Assembly (NCBI GenBank): GCA_026413945.1
Contig: JAOAJX010000008.1
Location: 1-24,353 of the forward strand
Source: Candidatus Iainarchaeum sp.
GTDB taxonomy: Archaea > Iainarchaeota > Iainarchaeia > Iainarchaeales > DTGL01
DNA: 24,353 nucleotides
Direction: 5' to 3'
The translations under genes were made by a program, and so were the position numbers. Below are positions 8,890 to 18,700 of this stretch, piece by piece (position 1 is the stretch's first letter; each line of letters begins with the position of its first letter). The notes under the pieces are model-generated. The model saw nothing but the letters and a program-made list of their open reading frames with translations. It searched no databases and was not told the origin of the DNA.

Positions 8890-10044
8890 TTAGCTAAAGC
8901 TGTCCTTTAACTTCCCAAAAAAACCCTTTCTTTCTTTATTATCTTTCCCGTTACTTTTTCCACCTAGCGCTTCTCTTAGAAGATTCTTTTGATTAATTGA
9001 TAGATTTGTTGGTATCTTCACTATTATGTTTACAAAAAGATCCCCATATCTCTCTGAGTTTAGCTCAGGCATTCCCAAGCCTTTAAGGCGCATTTTTGTA
9101 TTGTTTTGTGTACCTGCAGGTATGTTTATAACTGCCTCCCCTTTTATGGTTTCTAATTTTACTTTGCCACCAAATATTGCAGTTAATAGGTCGATTTCAA
9201 GGTTGCAATGCAGATCATTGCCCTCTCTGCGAAAAACACTATGTTCAAGTATCTTAACTCTTACATAGAGATCTCCATTTGGGCCATTATTCAGGCCAGG
9301 TTCACCCTCACCAGCGATTCTCAAATGTTGTCCGCTTCTTATCCCTTTTGGTATTTTTACCTTTATTTTGCTAATCTTTTTCATAAATCCAGAACCATTG
9401 CATTTTTTACATTTTTTCTCGTAAATTTCTCCACTGCCTTGGCATTTCCTGCACGTGCTTATGCTTGTAAATTGCATAAAGCCCTGCCTTTTGTATTGCC
9501 TAATCTCTCCTGCCCCGTTGCATGCATCACATTTCCTCAAAAGACCTTTTTCAGCACCTGTACCATTGCAAGAATCACACCTGTGCATTTTTGGTATTTC
9601 TATTATCTTCTCTGTACCTTTAAAAGCATCTTCAAGAGTTATTTCAGTTTCATACAAAAGGTCGCTTCCGCGCTGTGGCCTTTTTTGTCTTGCCTTCCTT
9701 GCAAAGCTTCCAAAGCCAAAATCGGCAAAATCTGAAAATGAATCAAATATGTCTCCAAAACCAAAATCCTTAAAGAGGTCATCAAAGTCAGGCCATCTGT
9801 AGTTTGCAAAGTCTTCTGGCCTAAATGCAGCTTCGCCGAACTGATCATATTGTGCTCTTTTCTGGGGATCACTCAAAACTTGATACGCTTCGTTTATTTC
9901 TTTAAACTTTTCTTCAGCCTCCTTGTTCCCAGGATTTACATCAGGATGATATTTTCTTGCGAGCTGCCTGAAAGCTCTCTTTATTTCATCCTCAGTTGCG
10001 TTTTTGCTCACACCGAGAACTTCATAGTAATCCTTTTTTGGCAA
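8890..10044 (-). CDS. dnaJ: Chaperone DnaJ (class A)
   Basis: J-domain KDYYEVLGV...YHPD, a G/F region, four CxxCxGxG repeats and GDLYV/GDLFV. Probable TTG start at 10044 lies 5 nt after GGGTGA; the ORF track starts at GTG 10053. Confidence 0.98.
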   Translation of the reverse strand: MPKKDYYEVLGVSKNATEDEIKRAFRQLARKYHPDVNPGNKEAEEKFKEINEAYQVLSDPQKRAQYDQFGEAAFRPEDFANYRWPDFDDLFKDFGFGDIFDSFSDFADFGFGSFARKARQKRPQRGSDLLYETEITLEDAFKGTEKIIEIPKMHRCDSCNGTGAEKGLLRKCDACNGAGEIRQYKRQGFMQFTSISTCRKCQGSGEIYEKKCKKCNGSGFMKKISKIKVKIPKGIRSGQHLRIAGEGEPGLNNGPNGDLYVRVKILEHSVFRREGNDLHCNLEIDLLTAIFGGKVKLETIKGEAVINIPAGTQNNTKMRLKGLGMPELNSERYGDLFVNIIVKIPTNLSINQKNLLREALGGKSNGKDNKERKGFFGKLKDSFS

Positions 10045-10101
10045 GAAACTCACCCGCTAGTAAGCAAAGGTTTTTTGCTTTGATAATATTTTATAACAAA
10101 T

Positions 10102-10638
10102 TTATTTTACCTTTGCCATTGCATCTATGCAGCCGCGCTCGACACAATACGAGATCCTTTCCTCAATGAGTCTGCCTGTAGTTTCTTCACTGCCAAAGCC
10201 AACTATTGGGTTGAATTCACCTATGAAAGTAGTTGGAACGCCGCTTGCGTTAACTCCAAAGGCCTTTGCAAAATTGTAAAATAGGGCTTTATTTTCTTGG
10301 TTGTGCCATACTTCGTATGCTTTTACAACAAGCGTTGGGTATTTTTGTTCCATTTTCTCAAGGAATGGTTTTTGCTTTGCGCAATGCGGACAACCTTCAC
10401 CATAAAAGAAATAAAGAATAACTTCGTTTTCAACTTTATTTTCATCTTTAGTTTCTATGGCTTTTTCTTCAGGATTTTGGGTTTTTTGGGCTGGAGTTGG
10501 CTCATATGCCTGTCCTGTTTTTCCATTTTTTGCAAACCCAATGGTAGCATAACCTATCATCTGATTTCTCATAATGGCAAATATAAAAACAATTACAATG
10601 GCTAAAATAACGCCAAAAGCAATGGCTTTAATTTTCAT
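10102..10638 (-). CDS. Membrane-anchored thioredoxin/glutaredoxin-fold oxidoreductase (CPHC)
   Basis: N-terminal TM helix, linker, FFYGEGCPHC and cis-Pro loop GVPTTFIG. ATG 10638 follows GAGGGCGG. Confidence 0.88.
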   Translation of the reverse strand: MKIKAIAFGVILAIVIVFIFAIMRNQMIGYATIGFAKNGKTGQAYEPTPAQKTQNPEEKAIETKDENKVENEVILYFFYGEGCPHCAKQKPFLEKMEQKYPTLVVKAYEVWHNQENKALFYNFAKAFGVNASGVPTTFIGEFNPIVGFGSEETTGRLIEERISYCVERGCIDAMAKVK

Positions 10639-10752
10639 AAAACCGCCCTCTTCAAAATAAGCAAAAAATACTTCTTTATATAAAAAAGACCAATGCAAAA
10701 GTTTATTAAAGGGTAATGATAAAATATATAAGAAAAAAATTGTGGTGGTAAG

Positions 10753-11466
10753 ATGGAGCGTGTAAAAACAGGAATTGATGGTTTGGATGAGCTTTTGCAG
10801 GGTGGCATACCCGAAGGTTCTGCTGTCCTCATCTCAGGCGGCGCAGGAACAGGAAAAACAATTGCAAGCATGCAATTTGTTTATAATGGCGCATCTCTTT
10901 ACAATGAGCCAGGAATATATGTGAGCTTAGAGACAAATCTGAAAAACATTATTTGGAACATGGAGAGTTTTAACTGGGATATAAGAAGCTTGCAAGAGAG
11001 TAACTTGATGAAGATTTACCGCCTAAACATAAGCTATGCAAAAACCCGCGAAGAGGTAATTCAGCGTGTTGACGAGGAGCTAAACACAATTTCGCAGCTA
11101 GTGAAAGAGATAAATGCAAAGCGCCTTGTTGTTGACTCAATTGCCTCTTTTGGCGTTTGGTTTGACAGCCCAGGCCTTATAAGGGCAATTCTATTTGAAT
11201 TTGTTGACAAGCTCAAAAATATGGGCTGCACAACTATGCTTACAACAGAGACGCGAGGCGGAAGGCGCGAGTTTTCAGCATATGGTGTTGAAGAGTTCGT
11301 TACTGATGGCGTAATAGCACTTTATTTTACTCCACCACACAGAAGCATTTTTATAAAGAAAATGCGAGGCACAGACCACAGCAAGATTCCGCATCCTTTT
11401 GAAATTACGGAAAGAGGCATAGTTGTAAACCCACAAGACAGAGTGCTTTGGGAATCAATAAAGTAA
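10753..11466 (+). CDS. Single-domain KaiC/RAD55-family RecA-superfamily ATPase
   Basis: RVKTGIDGLDELLQGGIP, Walker A GGAGTGKT, Walker B RLVVDS and KKMRGTDHS. RBS GGTGG. Confidence 0.93.
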   Translation: MERVKTGIDGLDELLQGGIPEGSAVLISGGAGTGKTIASMQFVYNGASLYNEPGIYVSLETNLKNIIWNMESFNWDIRSLQESNLMKIYRLNISYAKTREEVIQRVDEELNTISQLVKEINAKRLVVDSIASFGVWFDSPGLIRAILFEFVDKLKNMGCTTMLTTETRGGRREFSAYGVEEFVTDGVIALYFTPPHRSIFIKKMRGTDHSKIPHPFEITERGIVVNPQDRVLWESIK

Positions 11467-11502
11467 AACCTTTTCTTTTTTATTCCCTTAATTCTATTCT
11501 TT

Positions 11503-11697
11503 TTAGAATAGGGATTTTATTCTCATTGCACTGAGCAAAAGCGATATTACGAAAATAATAAATATGAGCACAATTCCTTGCATAAGTGCCTCTTCCCATG
11601 AGACTTCCTTCTTGTATGCAAACTTTGCACTTACCTTCACAGCCCAAAGCATAAGGCCTAAGCTCAATGCCATGCCAAAAAACTCAGGAAAGTTCAT
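11503..11697 (-). CDS. Small two-TM hypothetical membrane protein
   Basis: 64-aa ORF with two hydrophobic segments, filling the intergenic gap. Confidence 0.6.
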   Translation of the reverse strand: MNFPEFFGMALSLGLMLWAVKVSAKFAYKKEVSWEEALMQGIVLIFIIFVISLLLSAMRIKSLF

Positions 11698-11783
11698 ATT
11701 TTAACTATTTAAAAGTAAAGAAAAAAAAGCTTTGCTTTTATCTGCTCTCCACAAAGAACTCAACTTTCAAATCTGCCCCTTGT

Positions 11784-13850
11784 TTAACCATGGTGTGCGT
11801 GATGCCTATTTTTGCTTCTTGGCATGCTTACAAAACCATGCGCTTTGAATTTTCTTGCTAACAATATTTGCCTTCTTTTGAGGGCAATAAGTTTTTTCTG
11901 GCGATCTCTTGCGCTAACAAATGCGCAGTACAATGGGACGAAAGCTAAGGTAATCAAAACTACCAGAAGTAAAATGAAATTTGTGCTTAAATCCACGCCT
12001 CTTTCGCTTTCGCTAAAGGACTCTATCTCTTCTTCTAAAAGACCTATCTTTAAAGACAATTGGACTAGTTTAGTGCTTGGAGATTCTAACTCGTTTCTTT
12101 GAATCTGAGCTTCAGCAGAAATAAGCTCATCTTCCAGTTTTTTGGCTTCATCTTCGATTTCAGAAACTTCAAATTCTTTAGCTTTTAAAGCCCTAATTTT
12201 GCTTTTTACTTTTTGTATTCTTTGCTTCAACTCAAAAATAGTTAGTGAATAATCTGTTTTTTCCTTTTGGGCAACATAAAAAGCGCACATTGCTTCCCTC
12301 TGCTGGAAATTTGAATCTGCGCTAATTGTTGAAAGCTTTGCCCTGAAAAAGTAATTGCCGCTCTTCATAGCCTCAGAAATAGTTTCTACTATGTGCTTGT
12401 CAGCTTTTCCACCCGGTTTTATTGCAATTGGTGTGGAGGATGAAACGTATACTTTGCCATTGCTGTCCTCTATCGACCATGAAAGCATGATGTCAGTATA
12501 ATAAGTACCAACATTATAAGCAGAAACATCAAAGTAAGCAGTAGTGCCCGCGGTTACAACAGGGGTTGTGCAAAGCGCTGATAAATCATACCTCAGCTCA
12601 CCACCGAGATCAATAAGCTTGGTCTCCGTAGCAAACTTAGTTGATTTGTCTATTGAGTAAACATTGACCGACATTACATGCAAGCCAGATGCTTCCGGTG
12701 TCCATGGCAAAAGCATTGAAAATCTTTGCTTTGAGAGCGGCTCAACACCCAAGTAAGTGCGCTCGTCTATATATTCTATCTCAGCCTCCTGCTTTATTAC
12801 TACAGAGATGACAATATCAATCTTTTTATCTGAAAGGTTTTCTATAATCCCGCTTATAAAGCTAGCCTCACCAACTTTCAATGGCTCAACCTTTAATTCT
12901 GAAATTTTTACTTCTGGCTTAACAAATGGCTCAGGCGTTTGTTGTGTAGGTGTTGGCGTTATAGTTATTTGGCCGCCACCGCCTCCGCCACCACCCCCAC
13001 TGCCGCCCCCGCCGCCCGGAATACATTCCCCACAGTCCTTTGGGCAGTTTTTGCAGTTTTCACCAGCTTCACAAATTCCATTGCCGCAAACCAAAATTGA
13101 TGTTACCCTGAATTTTCCATTATAATCAGCCGCATTCTTTCCCGAAGAAAAAGTTACATTGTAGCGGTATTCTCCCAAGATGTTTTGGGCTGTGAAAGTA
13201 TATGCATAGTAACCAGGTGTTGATAATTCTACAAGCGTTGCTTTATTTACAAAAACATTGCCTGATGGCTGCCAAATAGTTATCCTTCCTTCTGCATGTT
13301 TAAGTGGCTGCGAAGATACACTTGCAAAGAACATTAATGTTGCGTTTTCGCCAGGAGCAAATACATTGTTTCCAACTGTGGTAATACTTATTTCATAGGT
13401 TCCACAATAAAAGTATTCGCTTGCTATGGCAGTATTTTTATTTTCGTCGCTTGCAGTAACATATAAAGTGTATACCCCGTTTTGTTCAAATTTAAAACTT
13501 CTAATGTAATTGCCATCACCGACTTCGTAAAAGTCCAATGTTTGAGTGCTGCCATCCGGCTTAAGCATGTATCCCAAAACATCTAGGTCCTCAACGCCAT
13601 TGCCAGCAGCCAAGGCCTTGATTTTAATAATTTTTGTTTCACCGAGGTTTGGAGTAAAGTTGGCATCAATATATATTGAGTAATAGCTTACCGCTTCAGA
13701 ATACCATGTCAGAACAGTGCTTTCAGCTGTGCCCGAGATCCCAAAATCAAAAAGGAGTGATATTATGAGCAGCAGCGTCAGAACTGTAGCCACTTTTCTT
13801 AATTGCATGTCAATAATAAGGTCTTGCCATTTAAATTTTTTTTGTTTCAA
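11784..13850 (-). CDS. Secreted, C-terminally membrane-anchored multi-Ig-like surface protein (candidate fibre base/anchor)
   Basis: Signal-like N-terminus, beta-rich domains, CGNGICEAGENCKNCPKDC, a poly-Gly plus Pro/Thr linker, CARDB-like repeats, a coiled coil, TM FILLLVVLITLAFVPLY and a basic tail. The start is uncertain (TTG 13850 or ATG 13808). Confidence 0.8.
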   Translation of the reverse strand: MKQKKFKWQDLIIDMQLRKVATVLTLLLIISLLFDFGISGTAESTVLTWYSEAVSYYSIYIDANFTPNLGETKIIKIKALAAGNGVEDLDVLGYMLKPDGSTQTLDFYEVGDGNYIRSFKFEQNGVYTLYVTASDENKNTAIASEYFYCGTYEISITTVGNNVFAPGENATLMFFASVSSQPLKHAEGRITIWQPSGNVFVNKATLVELSTPGYYAYTFTAQNILGEYRYNVTFSSGKNAADYNGKFRVTSILVCGNGICEAGENCKNCPKDCGECIPGGGGGSGGGGGGGGGQITITPTPTQQTPEPFVKPEVKISELKVEPLKVGEASFISGIIENLSDKKIDIVISVVIKQEAEIEYIDERTYLGVEPLSKQRFSMLLPWTPEASGLHVMSVNVYSIDKSTKFATETKLIDLGGELRYDLSALCTTPVVTAGTTAYFDVSAYNVGTYYTDIMLSWSIEDSNGKVYVSSSTPIAIKPGGKADKHIVETISEAMKSGNYFFRAKLSTISADSNFQQREAMCAFYVAQKEKTDYSLTIFELKQRIQKVKSKIRALKAKEFEVSEIEDEAKKLEDELISAEAQIQRNELESPSTKLVQLSLKIGLLEEEIESFSESERGVDLSTNFILLLVVLITLAFVPLYCAFVSARDRQKKLIALKRRQILLARKFKAHGFVSMPRSKNRHHAHHG

Positions 13851-13878
13851 TAAAACAGCAAATTGCCAATAAAATAAA

Positions 13879-14826
13879 CTAGTTTACCTTTATGATCAGC
13901 CTAAAGTGTGGCCTGTTTATTGAAATGCCACTGCTCGCTGCATCAAAGTATAACATTTTGTATTTCAAAAGCCACTCTGTTCTTACCTCTTCAGGCGGCA
14001 TTACGGGGTCTACTCCTAAGACATATTCGCCTTTTGGTGTATTTTCTTTTACCTTAACCCTTACTTTAATCGCTCTTGCCCAATCTTTTCCGAATTTAGG
14101 ATATGTTGGTGAAAGCAGAAAGACAGGCTCATCGAATGTAACATCGAAATATTTGCTTACTTCTTCAGGGTTTTGGACATTGAAGATTCTGCCATTAGCG
14201 TCAGCTGATGTTGCAGGGTAAGTTGGTGCAAGCTTTACGCCTTGATAGGTTTGTATACCCCAGCCAGTGTGCCAGAATGTCTTCGCCTCAAATTCAGCCC
14301 CAGGATATGTATTAACCCATATATCTGCAGGGTATGCACCCCAGCCTATGACACCCCAGCTTGAAGGATTCGGCTCTTTCCACCAGCGCAGCCCCGCAGC
14401 CTCAAAGTTTGGGTAAAATTCAGGCTGCTTATAATATTCTTCAGTAAAATATGTTAGATCTTTCCATCGCCCTACTTCAAACATATATGTCATTGTTCCA
14501 AAATCATCAGGTATTGGCGGCAATTCAGCGAATACCTCCATTGGTATGCCATATTTTTCCCTGTGCGGTCTTCTCATCTCTTCAAAGGCCCTTTCTCTGC
14601 TAACTTCTTGCATGAGCTTCTCAAATTCAGAAATTTCACTCTTGTTTGGGGTTTCATTTTGTGTTGGCGTTTCAACTGGCTCAATTGTTTTTTCATACGG
14701 TGTTGGTGTAAGGTCCGAATTTAAAGTTGCAAAAGGAACATTGCGGAAATTTCCGCCATAATATAAAACTAAAAAAACACCAAATACAACTATAACAGCC
14801 AAAGCCAAAACATATGTTTTCTTCAT
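13879..14826 (-). CDS. Membrane-tethered protein of unknown family, paralogue A (candidate assembly chaperone)
   Basis: N-terminal TM helix, Pro/Thr linker, QPEFYP, TYQGVKL and PTYPKF motifs. Clearly homologous to 19262..20119. Confidence 0.8.
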   Translation of the reverse strand: MKKTYVLALAVIVVFGVFLVLYYGGNFRNVPFATLNSDLTPTPYEKTIEPVETPTQNETPNKSEISEFEKLMQEVSRERAFEEMRRPHREKYGIPMEVFAELPPIPDDFGTMTYMFEVGRWKDLTYFTEEYYKQPEFYPNFEAAGLRWWKEPNPSSWGVIGWGAYPADIWVNTYPGAEFEAKTFWHTGWGIQTYQGVKLAPTYPATSADANGRIFNVQNPEEVSKYFDVTFDEPVFLLSPTYPKFGKDWARAIKVRVKVKENTPKGEYVLGVDPVMPPEEVRTEWLLKYKMLYFDAASSGISINRPHFRLIIKVN

Positions 14827-14887
14827 AAGTAGGTTAAAAAAAGCGAACAATATAAAAAGCTAACTTATAAACCACTAAGATTAACTT

Positions 14888-14920
14888 AAAAATAAAAAAA
14901 TAAAGAAGGAGCCGAAGCCC
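14888..14920 (-). terminator. cUUCGg hairpin plus U-rich tract after the 212-aa gene
   Basis: The minus strand reads GGGC-TTCG-GCTC then CTTCTTTATTTTTTTATTTTT, starting 7 nt after the stop. Confidence 0.6.
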
Positions 14921-14927
14921 GAGAGAA

Positions 14928-15566
14928 TTAACTAAAGCTTTGTACTGCTTCGGTTTCCAGCGTGTCTTGTGTTGTGCCGTATGGCATTCCTGAAAAATCA
15001 GCTGCCAGGCAGATGCCAGCACTACTGCTTATAGCCAAATCAGCAATTATCTGTTTTGTGGTATTCCCTATTGTTACACAAGCTGTTGTAGTTGGTACCG
15101 TATCATCATCTGTGCCGCTTTTTGAACATGTCGCTTCCCAGCCACCCATGCCGTTTGTTCCACAATGTGTGCCGTTTGAAAGCCATGCCTTCAGTGTTAC
15201 TCCCGTTTCTAATGTAGTTGTTATTCTGGCATTTATGTCAAATGGAACGTTACCCTGATTATGTATAGTAATTGCTACTTTGTTTGTGCCATCTTGGCAT
15301 GAACTTCCGCCACTTGCAGCATTATATGGCGGTATTTTGCTTGCTGTGCCGTTTATTGGAGTAGCGCCTTCAAGAGCGTTTGACTCAACAAAATACATTG
15401 CTGATGTGCTACAGCTCCCACCGTAAGTTAATGCGTGCGTTACATTTGCTGGAATTACCCATGTCAATGTTGTCTGCTGCGTGTCAGCATAAACCATTGA
15501 AAGAGCAAGCAATAGAGCAACTGCAACAGATAGGTAACCTATCAGCTTAACTTTTATTTCCATCAT
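14928..15566 (-). CDS. Secreted Thr/Gly/Ala-rich beta protein with 6 Cys (candidate major fibre subunit)
   Basis: Signal peptide ending VYA|D, no membrane anchor, strong RBS AAGGAGGT and its own terminator. Homologous to the C-terminus of 15704..19252. Confidence 0.8.
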   Translation of the reverse strand: MMEIKVKLIGYLSVAVALLLALSMVYADTQQTTLTWVIPANVTHALTYGGSCSTSAMYFVESNALEGATPINGTASKIPPYNAASGGSSCQDGTNKVAITIHNQGNVPFDINARITTTLETGVTLKAWLSNGTHCGTNGMGGWEATCSKSGTDDDTVPTTTACVTIGNTTKQIIADLAISSSAGICLAADFSGMPYGTTQDTLETEAVQSFS

Positions 15567-15615
15567 GAGGAGACCTCCTTGGGTGGTATTTACCGCTATA
15601 GTATGTGTGAACTTA

Positions 15616-15631
15616 TTTATATATTTTACGC
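15616..15631 (-). promoter_or_regulatory. BRE/TATA-like promoter for the leftward arm
   Basis: The minus strand reads GCGTAAAA-TATATAAA about 50 nt upstream of ATG 15566, within the divergent gap. Confidence 0.5.
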
Positions 15632-15703
15632 TTATTATTCAATTTTGGTGCAAAAGCAATTTGCAAAGCAAAAAAAGCCCAGTGGTGTAGTGGTGTTTTT
15701 GAA

Positions 15704-18700
15704 ATGTGTTTAATGCATTTAGATGAAAGGGCAAGATCGAGCTTTTTTGCCGTATCTTTGTTTCTTCTGCTGTTTACCCCACTTTTAACTGTCTTTAGTG
15801 ATGTTGCAAATGATAATTTGGTTGTGCAAGCCCCATTAGAAGATCTTGCGGAAAAAGAGAAGAAGGTGCCTGAAATAGAGATTTCAATAGTTTCCCCACT
15901 CAATAGCGAATCAGTGAGTGGCTTGGCTGTTGTCATAGCTGTTATACAGCCAATAAGTGAGGTAACTTCAGCTTGGTTTGAGATAAACGGAAAAGAACTT
16001 GGCGAGCTTTACAAGGAGAAAAATTTTTCATCTGATTTTAATACTTTCGCATTTGTTAACGGTGCGTACACCTTTTCAGTTCATGCTTGTATTGGGGATT
16101 ATTGCTCATTTGAAGCCATAGAAATTGAGATTAATAACCAAGAACTCCAGCCAACTCCCGCAGAAAGTCCCACAGTTCATCAAGATAGTCAAACACCTGA
16201 GCCAACTCAGCAAGCAACAACTACGCCAACAGTTGATGAAAATCAAGCGCAGATACCTAGCCAGCCATCAGAACAAGAACCAGAAAAAAAATATTCGATC
16301 AGGCCATCAAACATATTTTCAGCAGCAGTCTTTTATGATGATAAAAACGAGCCTATTGCTTCGGGCACTGATACTGTTTATGTGCCAGCTGGCACATACA
16401 ATGTTTCGGTATCTTTTTTCGAGTTCACTGTTTCAGAGATAAAGATTGCTCAAGCCTTAATTGAATCTGATGCAATGCTGTTTGAAGTAGATGGCAACAT
16501 TGATGTAAATAGCATTACTTTTAATGACCAGAACTTTTACCTTAAAGAAGTAATAGCTTTTATGTCTGGGCTTACTTTTAATGAAGGCTCTGCAACCTTT
16601 AGGCTCCCGCCCTTTTCTGACGCAATTTTTGTCTGCGAAGATTGGGATTTCCAAAAGAAGGAATGCGGGGCTAACTTTACTCTTCTTGCAGAGGTAAGTG
16701 GTGCTGAAGCAACCATTCCCTTCAGCCAAGGCCAAAAGGCCTTTGTCTTTGCTGAGAAATATGAGGAAGAAATAGTTCCGCCGGACTTCAATGCTGATGA
16801 TTTCGAGAAAGATTTGCCAGAGTCAAAGATAAAAAAATCTGGGAAAAAACATTTTTTACTCTCAAAGCCACGCCAAAAATACTTGGCAAATGAAATGCCT
16901 GTTTTTGAATTCCAGGCACTTAATGATATAAATGAAGCTGCTGATGTTGAAATAGAAGCATACCTCATTTTTCCTGATGGCACAGAAACCCAGATTGAAA
17001 TGAAAAAGATACAAAAAAAAGCAAAAGGCCTTTTTAATATAATTGTTCCTGTTCCTAGAAGCTTCAAGGCTGGCAGGTATAACTTAAAGGTCAAGATCTT
17101 CGACGGTAATGAAGTCTCTGAGCATTCATCTTCTTTTGAGTGGGGCCTTGTTGCAGTTAATACAGAGAAGAGCATCTACGCACCAAACGAAACAGCAGTT
17201 TTTCACATCGTTGTTCTTGACCGCGAAAGTTACGGCGTAAGTGGTGCTGAAGTAAATCTTGGCGTTTTGTTTCCCGATGGTGAAACACAGACAATTTCTA
17301 CAATAGATGGCACAATAGCTGAAACAACATCAGCAGGCGTCTACATCGGCGAAATGAGAGTTGGTGGCGAAGGCATTTACAAAATTATGGTTCAGGCTAA
17401 AGCCCAGAATATCGATGCGGAAATACATAGCTCCTTTGAAGTAAGGCAGAATGTTCCCTTTGAAATAATCAGGCGCGCAGCAACAAAGATTGATCCTGCT
17501 GTGCAACCGAATAAGGTTGAAATATTTATAAAGGCTTCCGATGCTCAGAAAAAAATAACTGCCAGGGAATTCGTGCCAGCGGAATTTGAAATAGAGAAAA
17601 ACAAAAATTTTTCAATCAAAACCAAAGGCAAAGAAAAAATAATTGAGTGGAAAGACGTTGAATTCAATGCCGATGGGGAGGCCAAATTGACTTACTACTA
17701 TTCAGTGCCAGATAGAAAGCCATGGCTTTACAATATAGGGCCTATCGAAATCGATTACAAAGCTGGTGCTTTTACAGAAGCCAGAGCATGGATGATAGCA
17801 GTCGACGCCAATCCCACAACAATATTTTTCTATCGCCGCTCTGCAGATTGGGTGCCAAGAGAACCGATGCCCAATGCAGGTCAACTTCCTCATTATTTGT
17901 TGTCTTCATCATGGGCCGGCTTTGGTATGAATGACGTTGCTGGCACCACGGCTCAATGCCATAATAATCCATCTCCTGGGCCAACTGGCTCAGGTGCGGT
18001 TGCTTTAGCTGGCTTTACGTCACCGCCACTCGTAACACAATCAATAAGCGCCACAACATGGAGGATTACTTCAGATATGAATGAAAGCGCAGCTAATGAC
18101 AACGCTTATCCATATACAATTCTTATGAAATGGAACAGAAACGATACTCCAGGCACAATCATTGTTTCAGAGCGGCGAATCAGCGGTAGTGAGCTCACAA
18201 CGTCAATACGCAGAGACAGCGTATCAGTAACTGGTAGTGCTGTTACTTTTAACAGAGGTGACAAGCTTTACGTTGAACTCGATGTGAATGCTGTTGCTGG
18301 CAGCACTATTGTAGGTACTGTTTGCTTTGGCGGAAATAATGCTGGAACAAGAGATGGCAACATAATATCGCCAAGCATCCGTCTTGCCGGCAATCTCGAT
18401 ACAGCAATAGTCTCACCACAGAACAATTCTAAAAAGGTTATAAATACGGATTTTGATGTGAATGTCAGAGGCACATGCATAAATTATTCTTGTGGTGATA
18501 CTAATGTCACATTAAGGTACTGCATTAATCCTGACAGTGGCTGCTTACAATGGCTTGACATGAATACTGACCCAAACAGTCCGCTTTACATCTCTTCCGG
18601 CAGTTATTTTAGAAGAGATGATCTGCTCGATGTCTCAGATACAAACTATTTTGTATTTACTATAAAAGGAACCCAAACTGGCAAATACACTATAAGATCA

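Noticed and set aside
7468-9802. Long antisense ORFs opposite dnaK (7468..8238) and dnaJ (9208..9735, 9455..9802)
   Set aside because: They are shadow frames of conserved genes with no motifs or RBS. Antisense ORFs opposite hsp70 genes are a familiar artefact.
10753-11466. Circadian clock KaiC
   Set aside because: It is single-domain with no kaiA or kaiB nearby, and belongs to the widespread archaeal KaiC-like/RAD55 group.
12970-13020. GC-rich island with G-runs on the minus strand
   Set aside because: It is explained by the poly-Gly linker of the 688-aa protein. There is no sign of an RNA gene or insertion.
14928-15566. 212-aa protein as a type IV pilin or archaellin
   Set aside because: There is no class III signal (K/R-G|hydrophobic with E5). 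It has an ordinary cleavable signal peptide and a polar mature N-terminus.
15568-15579. AGGAG-GT-CTCCT inverted repeat over the RBS of the 212-aa gene as a translational switch
   Set aside because: Only a 4-bp stem is possible with a viable loop, which is too weak to support a claim.
16537-17175. 212-aa antisense ORF inside the 1182-aa gene
   Set aside because: Its Ser/Phe-rich composition is what the reverse of a Glu/Lys-rich coding strand gives, and there is no independent support.
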